Part shown: positions 11,563-24,743 of the stretch, piece after piece
Position numbering within the stretch: position 1 is the first letter of the stretch
Layout: the number at the start of each line of letters is the position of its first letter
Assembly: GCA_002269645.1 (NCBI GenBank)
Contig: NIVC01000996.1
Location: forward strand, 62,001 to 126,000
Reading direction: 5' to 3'
DNA: 64,000 nucleotides
From: Macrostomum lignano
Lineage: Eukaryota
Program-made: the position numbers and the translations under genes
The notes under the pieces: model-generated
Told to the model about the DNA's origin: nothing
Seen by the model: the letters and a program-made list of their open reading frames with translations, nothing else
Database searches by the model: none

Positions 11563-12771
11563 CTAAAAGGTTCTCTGACTGTCCTCGCTATTAGGCAGGC
11601 ATTTCTTACAGAACAGGAAATCGGAAACTGAGGAACTGAAATTGAAAAGCGCTTGGCGAAACAGCTTGTTAGCGTAGGCATAGATGAGGCTATTGGTGCT
11701 GAAGTGCAGGATGTAGAGCAGCTGGGCGGCCAGTCGCATTACATTGTAGTAAGCGTAGATGTGCTGCATATCTTCACTCAGAGTTGCAAATGCCACTTGG
11801 CCCAGGCTGAGTGCCAAGTAGTTGGGCAGATTAAAAGCTAAATAAGCGAAGCAGAAACCCATCAGCATTCGAGTGATTTGGCACTGGTGCTTGCGCAGCT
11901 CTGGCCCGTACTGCTGGATGCCATCGGCTGCCAACTCCGCTGGCCGATGAACGCGGCGGTTTCCATCGCTGCTGCTGCCAGCAGTGGTGGGCGTTGTCAC
12001 CATCAGCTCCATAGCGGCTGGACAGTTGCTCCTGACACCGCCGCTGCTGCAGGCCTGACTCGACAAGGAACCGCCGCGTACAATGCTTCTAACGAGGCGC
12101 CTGACCCGGCACAGGATCAGGAAGTTGAGCAGTAGCAGAATGAGTCCAGGTACAAAGGACACAATCATAGCGTCGGCAAGTTGAAACGCCCTAGCGTGAG
12201 CCATACCAGTAGCCACACACATCAGCGTATCGTTGTAGCCAATGTACTGACTGTAATGTACTGTCCAACGGCAGTGCAAATTCCAGGAGATCGATGCTGC
12301 GACGGCGAGTTTGATCAGCAAACAGACTCGGTGGGCGTTCTTTCGACAGCCGGACAAGCCGCTGGGAGCTCTGAGAAACAACAGGCGGTCAATGGTAATG
12401 ACAACCAGCAGCCAAGGACTGAGCATCGATACCAATCCGTACAGGTAGTTGGTTATAAAACAGGTGTAGTGACTCCAGTCGTGCAAGTTGGTGTAGCTCA
12501 AAGCGAAGTAGAACAACAGCAGGAAGAAATCATTAGCTGACAGCAGACGCAGGCCAACAGACAGGTAGTGCCTGCGGACCGGTTCGCACCAGAATACGAA
12601 GAAATTCACCAAGTTGGTTGCCATGCCGAGCAGAGCCGCAGCCATGGTAGCGTGCTTTAGCCAGCGAGTGTTAAGATACAAGAATTCACTATTCGATGAA
12701 GCATACTCTTCTTCTAGAGACACGTTCGGGAAAATGGTAGTGTAGTTTATCGATGCGACATTATAGTCCAT
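11563..12771 (-). CDS. Rhodopsin-family (class A) peptide GPCR, FMRFamide-receptor-like, CDS intronless, 402 aa
   Basis: Seven hydrophobic segments, N-terminal sequons (NYT, NVS), GMATN in TM1, LSAND in TM2, ITIDRL at the DRY position, FNLP in TM6 and NSLIY at the NPxxY position. Confidence 0.9.
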   Translation of the reverse strand: MDYNVASINYTTIFPNVSLEEEYASSNSEFLYLNTRWLKHATMAAALLGMATNLVNFFVFWCEPVRRHYLSVGLRLLSANDFFLLLFYFALSYTNLHDWSHYTCFITNYLYGLVSMLSPWLLVVITIDRLLFLRAPSGLSGCRKNAHRVCLLIKLAVAASISWNLHCRWTVHYSQYIGYNDTLMCVATGMAHARAFQLADAMIVSFVPGLILLLLNFLILCRVRRLVRSIVRGGSLSSQACSSGGVRSNCPAAMELMVTTPTTAGSSSDGNRRVHRPAELAADGIQQYGPELRKHQCQITRMLMGFCFAYLAFNLPNYLALSLGQVAFATLSEDMQHIYAYYNVMRLAAQLLYILHFSTNSLIYAYANKLFRQALFNFSSSVSDFLFCKKCLPNSEDSQRTF

Positions 12772-14018
12772 GATTGGCCAATAGTTAATATTGCTTTTCT
12801 GTTTGACTTGTCTCTTCCTCGTCTGAAAGACGATAGAATTAGTTTTTTAGCAGAATATAGCGACTAGCTATGTATATATAAGCAAATATCACACGCATGC
12901 AAAAATGCACACCATTCCTCTCCTGACTCCTTTAAATGCACTGTACATTTGGACTGAATTTCAAGCAGGCAATAAATTTCTAGGAAAGCTTCTGTCATTG
13001 GTTTGACTGGAACTGGGAGGAGAGGCGGGTCTACCAGTGGCTTGCTTACCCGTCTTCATAGTCCCGGCCCTGGTTCCCTGGAATCTATCTATTACACAAG
13101 TATGGGATATAGGTTTCGGGGCTTATCTTTGCGCCTAATCTAAGGCGTCCGATGGAGTCAGTTGGTCGACAGAAAGAATATACTGCCCAGAATTAATACC
13201 AGATGGTCTGAGATGCAATGAAAACATTGATAAAGATTATTTGTGTCTCAACCATTGATCTTATGCGAACATACTCTACAGTATGCAAGATGGCTCGTAT
13301 ATGTTCCCAAATTATATTAAAGAGATCAAGGCGAGCGTGTGGATGAGTCCAGTGCCCGCTATAAAGTTTGAGGCTGAGTATTCAGAGGAAGGATCAGCTC
13401 CTTGTTCTCAGAAGCTTAGAAGAGGTTTGATGTTGTTTGAGGTTCAGAATCAAATGACAACCCTCTCAAGTAGCATTCGTGAGCCTTAGCTACCACTATA
13501 GCTTTTCACGACCCTTGTGCAAGGGGTTTTCAGCCCACTAAAATATCAGCTTATACAAATTGACTGGCCATACCCAGCTACAGTGTGTGTGCATACTCCA
13601 ACAGCCAATGCATTGTAAATGAATTTTCAGCTGCCCGGTAGCTAACTTCAATTGTAAAAGAAAAAACTGTACTAACTACAGGCAAGCTTGAGAATGGGGA
13701 GAATGAGCAAATTTACAAATTCTACCGTACAATAAATGTTCTGAGAAGTTTTTGATTAATTGTATTTTTTCCTGGTTCTCCGCACCCCGTGGATCTTTTT
13801 TTAATTCAAATGATTAATGCATTTCCAATCATGAAGAACAATTGTGGGCTAAATTGTGTATGCGCGTGTTTCGGTTGAAAGAAATGCTTCACATGAACGG
13901 AAATGCTTTCTCATTATGACAAGACTATATAGTCACAAAGTTGGCCTTTGAGCGGCAGTAGGACTTAATAAGCTCAATTTTTAGTAATAGTAAAACTGAC
14001 TCTCACCCTCTTATACAT

Positions 14019-14610
14019 ATACCCTCTGTCTCTCCAACTCTTATACCCTCCGTCTCTACCCCTCTATACCCTCTGTCTCTACCCCTCTATACCCTCTGTC
14101 TCTACCCCTCTATACCCTCTGTCTCTACCCCTCTATACCTTCTGTCTCTACCCCTCTATACCCTCCGTCTCTACCCCTCTATACCCTCTGTCTCTACCCC
14201 TCTATACCCTCTGTCTCTACCCCTCTATACCCTCTGTCTCTACCCCTCTATACCCTCTGTCTCTACCCCTCTATACCTTCTGTCTCTACCCCTCTATACC
14301 CTCTGTCTCTACCCCTCTATACCCTCCGTCTCTTCCCCTCTATACCCTCTGTCTCTACCCCTCTATACCCTCTGTCTCTACCCATCTATACCCTCTGTCT
14401 CTACCCCTCTATACCCTCTGTCTCTACCCCTCTATACCCTCTGTCTCTCCCCCTCTATACCCTCTGTCTCTACCCCTCTATACCCTCTGTCTCTACCCCT
14501 CTATACCCTCTGTCTCTACCCCTCTATACCCTCTGTCTCTACCCCTCTATACCCTCTGTCTCTACCCCTCTATACCCTCTGTCTCTCCCCCTCTATATCC
14601 TCTGTCCCCC
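14019..14610. repeat. 23-bp minisatellite (ATACCCTCTGTCTCTACCCCTCT)n, ~25 copies
   Basis: Directly visible tandem array. Confidence 0.95.
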
Positions 14611-14974
14611 TCTATACAATTATACAATTAAGTCCAAGAAACACTTATTCCCACCAAGAGTGCCGAAGTCCAACAAGACTCCGTTACGCTAAAGCTAAAG
14701 TTATTTAGGCTGGATTTTTCAGATGCATCAATTGGCATTCACGTCATTGGTGGGTTGGCTTGGGGAACGTGACGGTGCAATCACAGTCCTGTGACAATTT
14801 GTATTCATGCCACGCTCTACAGACTCTCAGCCTAATCCCACCTAGAAAACATGTCCCAAATTAATTAGAATTCAAAATCTAACCCCAAAAAGGTTTTTTC
14901 TAGCCCTGGTGATAGCTAAAAAACTATGAAATATATTCGTTCAATATTCTAAAAGCGTACAGGATGAGACAGCC

Positions 14975-15640
14975 CAGGGTGGGATATTCAAGGTGAGATT
15001 ATCCAGAGTGAGACTCTCCAGGTTGAGTCTCTCCAGGCTGAGATTCTCCAGTGTGAGATTCTCCTGAGTGAAAATCTCCAGAATGAAATTCTGCATGGTG
15101 ACATTCTCCAATGTGAGATTATCCAGGGTGAGATTATCCAGGGTGATATTATCCAGGGTGAGATTATCCAGGGTGAGATTATCCAGGGTGAGATTATCCA
15201 GGGTGAGATTATCCAGGGTGAGATTATCCAGAGTGAGATTACCCAGGGTGAGATTATCCAGGGTGAGATTATCCAGGGTGAGATACCCAGGGTGAGATTA
15301 TCCAGGGTGAGATTATCCAGGGTGATATTATCCAGGGTGAGATTATCCAGGGTGAGATTATCCAGGGTGAGATTATCCAGGGTGAGATTACCCAGGGTGA
15401 GATTATCCAGGGTGAGATTATTCAGGGTGAGATTACCCAGGGTGAGATTATCCAGGGTGAGATTATCCAGGGTGATATTATCTAGGGTGATATTATCCAG
15501 GGTGAGATTCTCCTGAGTGAGATTCTCCACAGTGAAATTTTACAATGTGAGTTTTTTGTCATGGCTAATATTCTTTAGGGTGAGATTCTCTAGGATGAGA
15601 TTTTTCAGACCAGGGTAGAGATTCACCAGGGTGAATTTCT
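14975..15640. repeat. 15-bp minisatellite (CCAGGGTGAGATTAT)n
   Basis: Homogeneous core with degenerate flanks. A related array lies at 18935-19470. Confidence 0.95.
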
Positions 15641-17061
15641 TAAGTAAGAATTTTTAATAAATGATATTCATCTGAGTGACACTCGACAATGGTGAATGTT
15701 CTCAGAATTTAAGTTTTTTTAAGAGAGATTCTTTCAAGATGAGCGAGTCTCAGGGAGGATGAGACTCTCGAAAGTGAGAAAATTATTTTCAGTGAGGCTC
15801 TCAAATTTTAGATTTTATATTATTTGTATAGTATTTTCTTTTTGGGGGGATTTTTTCTCAGTTAAGGGATTTTTTAAAACGAGTTCTTAGTACAGACTGG
15901 ATTTTATCACAGCCAAGAGTTTGTTTTTCGAAAGTTGTACCAACTGATAAATAAATTTTATCATCCTTTATTAGCTACTTGTTTGCAGTAGCTAGTGTGG
16001 TGCTGCTCTAACATTAAATGTCATCATAATTCACCAAGTGAAACAAGCTTAAACACGCGAGTCAACCGACCTCCAGGGGCAAGTCAACTTTTTACGAGTT
16101 CTTTTTGTACTTCAATAGATAGAGAGATAGCTATTTAAAAACACGTTTTTGCGTTTCTCTTCAAGCCTTAAAAAACTGCGTTTTTGAGTCAAACAGCAAT
16201 TGTCGAGGTCAAACTTCTCCGTTTCAATCAAGTTGTAGTTCGACGATATTTACCAACAAAAGCAGAATAGCTACGATTAAAAAGTTTGTTAAAAATTGTG
16301 GGTTCCATACACAAATTTTAATTAAATTTTAACGAATTTTATTCTCGTTCCTACATTAAAATTATCGTTCTTACTTTCAATACTTGTCATGAAGATCTGC
16401 TTTTTCATTCATTAATTTGATGATTTCATTCTCTATTTTAATTTCGAGGTCCATCTACGAGTAGCTACAGGATTTCAAACAATTAATTGCTAATGCGATA
16501 TTTATGAATTAACAATGTCGAGCTTTTAAATAAATCTTATTATTGAAGGAGCAAAAATACAAAGAATGGAGATGAGGGAATCGAGGAGAGTAGCTAAAAG
16601 TACTAATTAAAACATTTAATACTAAAACAAATAATTAGATACTGTCTACTAATTAAAAACATGTACAGTGCAAATGAAATTAAAAATATTTGGTGTGCCG
16701 ATATATTAGAGAGATAAACAATACATATTTTTAAAGCAATGAGGCCAGATGGCTAGCTGAAAGGACAATAACCCACAGTAAGGTCTCAAAGTCATTGATT
16801 TAGGTGCTTTAATAGTTTTTTGTGGTCTATTCCAGTATTTTTGTCGAGGTCGACGTTATGAACGATGGCCTTTTTATACCATTCACTGCCCAAGTTCCAG
16901 ATCGTGTCTTTGATCATGGACGGGGCGCTGATCGCGAGTAGTCAGTATAAGCAGAAGTTCTTGAAAAATTCCTAGCTATCTCACTTATATTACAGCAAAA
17001 ATGGGTATATGGGTGCAAGTCCAATTCTACTCGAGTTGTTGTTTGCGACCATATCGCGTCA

Positions 17062-18704
17062 TTATCTGCGGCAGAAGATGAACCGCTTGCACAGGTTAAT
17101 AAACGCGCGCCTGTAATGCCGGTAAGCGTAAGCGTAGATCAGACTGTTAGTGGCGAAGTGCAGATAGTAGAACCACAGGGCGCCAGCTCTCGTTGCGTTA
17201 AAAACAAAATAAGTAAACTGCGACTGCCACTCAATCCGAGAGAACGACGCGAAACCGTACAGAACCAGCAGGTAGTTTGGGAAATTGAAGGCAACATAGG
17301 CGATACAATAGCCCAGGAGCATTTTGGTTAACTGGCACTGGTGCTTGAACAGCTCAGTCTGCTGGTACTGGCCCTGTTGCTGTGGTTGCGGCGGCGTTGA
17401 ATGCGCTCGAGCAGCGGGAACCATGGCCGAACAGGAGCGGCTGCGTCCAGGCGAAAGCTGCCGACGCTGTTGTTGATGCGTCTGTTGGCGACTTCGTGGT
17501 TGGTTGGCCTGGCAACCGCAGCAGCAACAGGCGCCGTCTCCGCAGCAAAGTCGTCTCCTAGTAGCAGTTGCGCGGTCGGCGATCGGACAATTAGTGGTCT
17601 CGCTTCGGCGGCCTGTGCAAAATCGGACTGAGTAGCGAGGTGCTGGCGCGAGCGATTCGCTGGTGCCACCGCTGGTCCCGCCACCTGCACCGGAGTTCAG
17701 GTGTTCCAGCTGGAAGAGCGGAAAGGTTTGTTGGCTGTTTGATTCCCGAAGTGTTGGAGTAGAAAGATGCATGTAAATTGTAGTACATTGTATAAAAAAT
17801 GTATCAGCTCTGTTGTGTAACACTGATTGCCTTCTATCAATGAATTCTTGTCGCACATCTTCTGCTGGTTAAATCCTAAATTTGTCGCTAGTAACCAGTG
17901 AGACCTAATCCATCATGAGGTCAAACTCCCATGCACTTGGTCCCTCAAAATTCCCCAAGGAGTCTTCACCTCCACCAGCGATCCGTCACCGGCTCGTTCG
18001 TTGCCGCGGCACACGGTGTTCACCAGGCTGTTGATCCGGCACAGAATGATGACGTTTAGCAGGGTGAGCAGAAAGCCGGGCAGAAACGAGGCCAACACAC
18101 TGTCAGCCACTATGAGAGCGCGATTGCTGCTCTGGGAGACGCAGACCAGAGTCTCGTCTCCATTGCCGAGCACATTCAGGCCGAAGCTGACCAGCCACAG
18201 AGAGTGCAGGCTCCAGAGAGCGCAGGCCAACAATACAGCCAGGAGGGCGAGATTTGCCCGACGTCCAGATTGCCGACCCATGGCGACGTCGGCTGCAGCG
18301 GCACCAGCGACGCCAGGATTGATGAGGAACATCAGCCTGTCGATGGTGATTGACACCAGCGTCCAAGGCCCAAGCGTTGTAGCCAGGCTCAGCGCGTAGT
18401 GAACTGCCACGCAAGCGCCCTCGGAGTAGTTTTGAATGCTGCTGTTGTTCAGAGCCAGGGTGAGCAGCAGTAGGCATAGACTGCTCAGAGACAGCACTCT
18501 GAGACTCAACGACAAGTAGTGCCGTCGGACCGGCTGACAGAAGAAGACCAAAAAGTTCACCGAATTAGTTGCTACGCCGGCAATCATCGTGGACAAGTTT
18601 AAGTAGTGCAGTGAGCCCATCAGAGTTAGCATGTAACTGGGGAACTCTCCAATAACTGAGCTGTTAGCTGACTGATTGTCTCTTTCAGTCGAGTTGAAAT
18701 CCAT
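17062..18704 (-). CDS. Paralogous class A peptide GPCR, two exons (18704-17970, 17709-17062), ~460 aa
   Basis: TM1-5 are in ORF 17913-18704 and TM6-7 in ORF 17062-17856. A phase-0 intron with donor GAG|GTGAAG (weak) and acceptor CTTTCCGCTCTTCCAG|CTG joins them in frame. ELFKHQCQLTKML and NSLIYAYA match the first GPCR. Confidence 0.8.
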
Positions 18705-18934
18705 ATCGACAGAAGGCGAGTTCAGTCAATCTTTTTTATGTTATAGAAAACAAAAAAGCAGCAAGGTGGGACTGGACGGAGCATCGCATGTTATATATAG
18801 TCAGTGCTTTTTAGAGCGGAATTCAGACATTGGATCGTTTCCTGCTAATTAATTATTCCTTGAGCAGCTGCTATTGGTCGCTTCACGTCTCATCGAACAG
18901 CTCAGCGGATGTCTACCGCTACCGGATGTCAGAG

Positions 18935-19470
18935 GGTGAGTTTCTCAAGGGTGAGATTCTCAAGGGTGAGATTCTCCTGGGTGAGATTCTCTAGGATGAG
19001 ATTCTACAAGTTAAGATTTTCCAGGGTAAAATTCTCCTAGGTGACATTCTCCGGAGTGAGATTCTCCAAGGTGAGACTCTAGCTCCTAGGTGAGATTCTC
19101 CAGGGTGAGATTCTACAGGGTAAGATTCTCCAAGGTGAGATTCTCTTAGGTGGGATTCTACAGTGTGTGATTCTCCTAGGTGAGATTCTCTAAGGTGAGA
19201 TTCTCCAAGGTGAGATTCTCCAAGGTGAGATTCTCCAAGGTGAGATTCTCTAAGGTGAGATTCTCCAAGGTGAGATTCTCTAAGGTGAGATTCTCCAGTA
19301 TGAGATTCTTCTGGGTGAGATTCTCGAAGGGGAGATTCTCCAAGGTGAGATTCTCTTAGGATAGATTCTCCAGTGTGTGATTCTATAGGGTGCTATTCTC
19401 CAAGGTGAGATTTTCCAGGGTAAGATTCTCCAAGGTAAGATTCTCCGTGGTGACATTCTCCAGGGTGAGA
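18935..19470. repeat. 15-bp minisatellite (GGTGAGATTCTCCAA)n
   Basis: Degenerate tandem array with the same GGTGAGATT core as 14975-15640. Confidence 0.9.
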
Positions 19471-20904
19471 TTCTGAAGATTGGGAGTGGCTGTCTTTTTG
19501 AAGCTCACTAAATTGACAAATGCAATCATTTGAGCTTCATTATAAAAAATGACCTGAATCTTAATAATCGATTCAAAAACTGACTCAAAGAACAATCTAG
19601 TTGCTCAGATTACTCTCTTTGTAATCGGGGTGCCTGCTGAGTCAGTATTGATCCTATCCTGATATAACTGACGAGCGCCCTTCCTTATTTAAAAAATTAA
19701 CTTTCGCTGCAATTTTTCAGTCTTAACAATCGAATAATGTTACTTGTTGACATTCATTCCAAAGTCGTGCAAAGTATCTTGAAGCTAACTTTGAATCAGC
19801 GTCAACGTCATTGAAAATTAATGCTTTTTTATGCTTCCTAATTCTCTTTGATTCAACTAATGAGGGTTCCAGTTCGAGTTTGGTAAGGCAAAAAATAATG
19901 AGAAAAGAAGAAATCATACAATAGTCAAAGAAAATGAATTTCGGTTGAGCTTCCTTTCAATTTGCAGCCCGCAGCCGAGCAGATAAGGCGGCTCAGTTTC
20001 CCATAAGCTTTAATTTCCTGTGAACCGGGAGCACAGAACTCACATTGCATTTCTTGTGTGCCTTTTTGGCTTACCTGTGTGACTATACACTAGATTAGTA
20101 GGATTATCCTGATGATTGCATGCAATGGAGGCCAAGTCAGACAGACCCGCTTGTCCTAGTCTGGGCCGTGAGGCCGTGAGCACTGATACGAAATTGAAAG
20201 ATTTATGACATGCTGAGTTGCGTAAAATTTCGTGCTTAGAGTTTGGAATTGAAATTACAACCGGCTCTGAAACCCTTTGTAACAGAATGCCTGCTGAAAT
20301 TCGTCAGAAAGATAGAATGATTTATAATAGAAACGATGTGTAAGAAAGATTATGGATATTTTATTGAAGGCTGATATACAATGGTTCACTTCAAAAGCTC
20401 ACAAGGTAAAGATTTTCCATTATAGAAAAGCGTATCAATACTGTACGCAAGGTACGCACTCATACACACTCATACACACGCTCACACAGTGTGTACAGTT
20501 TTCAAGGTTGGGGACTCAACTTTTCTGAACTAATTATACACTTATTCCACGAATCCTAGCAAACATGCAGATTAACGCAGGCAACTGCCCAGAAACAAAG
20601 AAGCTGTTAGAGTCAGTGGGCAATCTATTACGAGCGTAAGTGTAGTTTAGAAAGTCTGCAGTCAATCTCAGGACTATGATTTTAGTAATATTTCACTGGC
20701 TTCTTTGACTTGCCATTGGCTTTTTACAGGGGTGAATTATAGCTTCTCAATCATATTAATTACAATGGTTGTTTAAGCTCCCCAGAAAAGCAACCTTTTA
20801 AGCACTAACTGTGAGCTACCAGTTTTGTCAAAACCCTGTAATTAAAGAATTTTTTACAGTAGGCATCTGAAAGTTATTTTTTCTTGAAAACTTAACATCG
20901 GAAG

Positions 20905-21104
20905 GGGGTTGTAACCTAGTGGTTAGAGATTTGGACTCACGACTCGAAGCACTCGGAACAATTAGTGTCCTTGAGCAAGACACTTAACTCTGCATTGCTT
21001 CAGTTCACCCAGCTGTAAAATGGGTGCCAGCATTAGCTGGGGTAATTGAGGGTGTGTGGCGACCCCCCAGTCCTTGGACTGAACAGCCGTACGCAGCCTT
21101 CAGA
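20905..21104 (+). mobile_element. tRNA-derived SINE family A (CORE-like), partly deleted head
   Basis: A-box-like CCTAGTGGTTAG, central GTGTCCTTGAGCAAGACACTTAACTCTG...CAGTTCACCCAGCTGTAAAATGGG, and a body shared with three other copies in the window. Confidence 0.85.
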
Positions 21105-22095
21105 GAATCCTTTAGGATCGATTAAATTGGCCTCTTCGGGTTCGGAACTCTATTGTTTTTGTTTAAGTCATACTTAAGCTCTTTTAATAAGTGTAACTCT
21201 TTCATTGTTGTGAATTTTATTTTCAACTCATGCAAAGGAGGTTGATTAAATTTTATGCTAACAGTCTAAATTCAGTGTACGAACCTTTTTAACTTAGTTT
21301 GCGTCCATTGCCCTTACAGACAGAAGGCTGTTATTTTGAATCGCTTGCTGCTAAAATTTCGTTTTGTTCGGTTCGAACAGCTTGTTCTTTGGATCGCATA
21401 AGCCTTAGTTTTTGCCACAAAATTCAGTTCATCAGTCAACACGCTGCTAACTAATCTCTTGCTCAAAGATGCCTTTGTAATTCAGCACGGTTTGTTCAAC
21501 GTTGGCTTAACTAAAAAATTACAATTGTAACTTATAGTCTTTCTCATAATCTAAGTTTTTTCTGTACGTCTATGAATCTAAGTCTTATTTGTCAGCCATA
21601 ATTAATAGTCCGAATAAATTAAAGATGATTAACACCTCAGGTGCTTTATTGGCGTGCTCTTGTCATCTTTGATAAACGCTGCATCTGTCGAAAATCATAC
21701 AGAGACTTCGTGTCCGCGCTTGGATTCTGAAGAAACAGATGCAGCACAGGCACACTGAATTTCTTGTCAGATTATCCAGACTGACGTTAATCAACTCTAA
21801 ACCTCGCTCTACCTGTCTCTGAGAATCTATTTATTGCATCCTACTCACAGAAAAGCATAAGATATACGCAAGGATGAAATCAAAAAACATGCCTCGACGT
21901 CTATCAAGATTAGCCAAGAAAGAGTGACCTTTATGTGACTCTCTGATCAAATTAAACTAATATATTCATCAATCTATTTAACTAACACCACGAAAGGCTT
22001 TACGTCGTACATATCCCGGTATAGTAATATTAATATCCGTAGATTCGGATGATTAAATTAATAATATTATTAATAGTTAATTACACCTGCCCTAA

Positions 22096-22306
22096 TGGCC
22101 AGATGTGCAATCGACAGCTCAGCCGCAGCTATTGCCCGGCACATCTGAAGCTGCGTACGGCTGTTCAGTCCAAGGACTGGGGGGTCGCCACACACACCCT
22201 CAATTACCCCAGCTAAAGCTGGCACCCATTTTACAGTTGAGTGAACTGAAGCAATGCAGAGTTAAGTGTCTCGTTCAAAGTCACAAACTGTTCCGAGTGG
22301 GTCGAG
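22096..22306 (-). mobile_element. SINE family A copy, headless
   Basis: Reverse complement of the body and tail seen at 26335-26602 and 57530-57814. Confidence 0.85.
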
Positions 22307-22978
22307 TATCGCAAATTAAAATTCTAGATATTTGTATAAATACGGATGATCATTTGCTATGAAGGGTCAACAAACTGCATGTATCGTGATCAAATGGTGC
22401 AAGTGACGCGGATCCTAAAAGTACGTCAGCGGTTGCACTTTATTGCGTTGAAGCATTGAACAGTGACATAGTTCGGAACCAATACCGATTAAACTGGTGC
22501 ATGAAGGCTACATACTCCTGTGTATTCAGTGTCCGAGAAAGCCCTCGGAAGTCATACGAGCGTCTAGATAAATAACCGTATATTTAAGCAGGTGCTTTTC
22601 GAAATCTAAGAGTAGGAATTATTTGCGAGTGTTCCGTCATGCGGTACCTTATGTTCTTATTTCAGTGACTACAATGCAACCAATGTAGTTAAACAAACGG
22701 TTGTTGTCTTTAATTAAGACAAAAATTAATTCACGGTCACTGGATACATACTGGAGTCAGACATTGGATAAAGAAAAAAGATCTTTGTGCAAACGATCGA
22801 GGCGACGATCGAAATGATCGAGGCGGGTTTGAGGGAGATAATGAGAGGAGAGTCGTTCTAAAACCCTCACCACGAAAAAAGAGGCCCTAGTATTAAAAAA
22901 GATGGCTATAATTGCAATTAAGTACAAACAAATGATCTCTTGTACTGCATTTCGCGCGAAATGTCTAAGGTGTCATGA

Positions 22979-23577
22979 AGTATTGGTTTTGTCAGCCTAA
23001 CTGAGAATAAAGCCATCCAAAGTGAGAATCCTGCCTACGCTGACTGCGAAGGGCCTGGCTGCGTGCAGCCTTAGTCTATGGGCCATAGACTATAAAGGAT
23101 AAACAAAGTGATAAAAAGCCATCCAATGTGAGAATCCTGCCTACGCTGAATACGAAGGGCCTAGCTGCGTCCAGCCTAGTCTATGAGCCTCGGGAGCGAA
23201 GCGATTGACGACACAGTCACTGCTGGGAAGGCTGCCGCGTGGGACCTGCATTGCAGACGACTCTTTGGGCAGTGCATTGAGGGACGGCTATTTTAACTCT
23301 TTACTTTACTGTACTGTATCATCCAGTGTGTTCCTGTTTCCGTTATTCCGTTCAAGCTATTGGCTAGTCATATGGCTCAGAGGGTATAAAAATAAAAGAA
23401 TACGACGCATAGACCAATCGATTCTCACATTGGATGGCTTTTTATCACTTTGCTTGTCCTTTATAGTCTATGGCCCATAGACTAAGGCTGCACGCAGCCA
23501 GGCCCTTCGCAGTCAGCGTAGGCAGGATTCTCACTTTGGATGGCTTTATTCTCAGTTAGGCTGACAAAACCAATACT
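22979..23577. mobile_element. Foldback/MITE-like element with ~160-bp terminal inverted repeats
   Basis: 22979-23137 (AGTATTGGTTTTGTCAGCCTAACTGAG...) is the near-perfect reverse complement of 23419-23577. There is an internal ~105-bp tandem duplication in the left arm. No TSD was recognised. Confidence 0.75.
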
Positions 23578-24743
23578 ACATTTAGGCTTCCTCATTAACA
23601 TTTTTGCTGGCTTGTACGTGACACTACTTAGACGTAATATTCATTATCATTGCTCTACACAAAAGCTTCACATCGTAGCATCCATCTGTTTTTCGGAAAT
23701 CATTCATGCAAAGTCACGATTTATAGCATCTCGTTAGCGTTAGGTTTTTGTAGTTGAAATAACGATTGAAGCAAGAAGTTAGTTTTCGAAAGTAAGAGCC
23801 AATTTTTTGTTTCAGTTGCGTTTTTTAATGATATCTGCATTTTTACCAGGATTCTCTAATTTAGTAATTTGTTTTGTGCATGGATCTGTAACAAACCAAG
23901 TGATGACAAGCAGCTAGAAAACTTGGCCCATTCGGAAATTTCGTCGACAAGAGAAATATTTCAGCCTGCGCTGCCCATGCCCAATCTTGCCACAAATTCT
24001 GGACGAAGAAAACGAAGTCTCTTAATTTTGATTTGTGCCTGTCAATGACATTGTACTTGCATAGCTAAGTTCTGTACGATGGATTCAGAAATGGATTCAC
24101 TGCTTGCTATTAAGTCAATCAGGGAACGAAGGGGTTACTCTATAGCAGGGTGCAAATGCTTGAGAAGGCCTTTCCCGGAAGATGAAGTCAAGGAGGTCGG
24201 ATAGAGAAAGAGGGGTATACAGGGAGAGGGAGCGGAGAGTGAGCTATCTAACCCTGCTTAGAATTTGTAGCATTCTAGCTTATGCTCACTTATGCATTGA
24301 TTCTCTGCCACCGCCGCTCCCACTCAATGCAGAGTGCATTGAAGCCGCACAACAACAACTTCAACTGCCGACCAAAAAAGGTGTGCAAACTTAGGTCGGA
24401 ATGTTGTAAGCCACCCACCTCCGCCTAAGTTTCGGAAATGTGCCGCACTGGGTAGAGCCATGGCGACCGTAAATTAATGCTGCATGAGCTTGTCTCACTC
24501 AAATCGCGCGCGCAAGCAAAAGTGGTGACTTGGCCTTCTGCGCCCAGATTTTTTCTGCTAAATTATTAATCCAGCCCAGCTACCACTCAATGATAGTCGC
24601 AGCTGTGTCCACTGGCAACCAAACAGATAATAAACCTGGCAGGTGAGCCTCATATCGAAGATCTCCTTAGAAACAATATTCCGTAATCCAGTCCCAACAT
24701 AGCATCACAATCAGAGGAAAAACTCTGACAACAATCTACAACC

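Noticed and set aside
13000-13700. Coding-like unique DNA (also 3340-3790, 8480-9060, 47900-48600)
   Set aside because: All frames are broken and no motif was recognised. These may be decayed TEs or pseudogenes but cannot be assigned without a database search.
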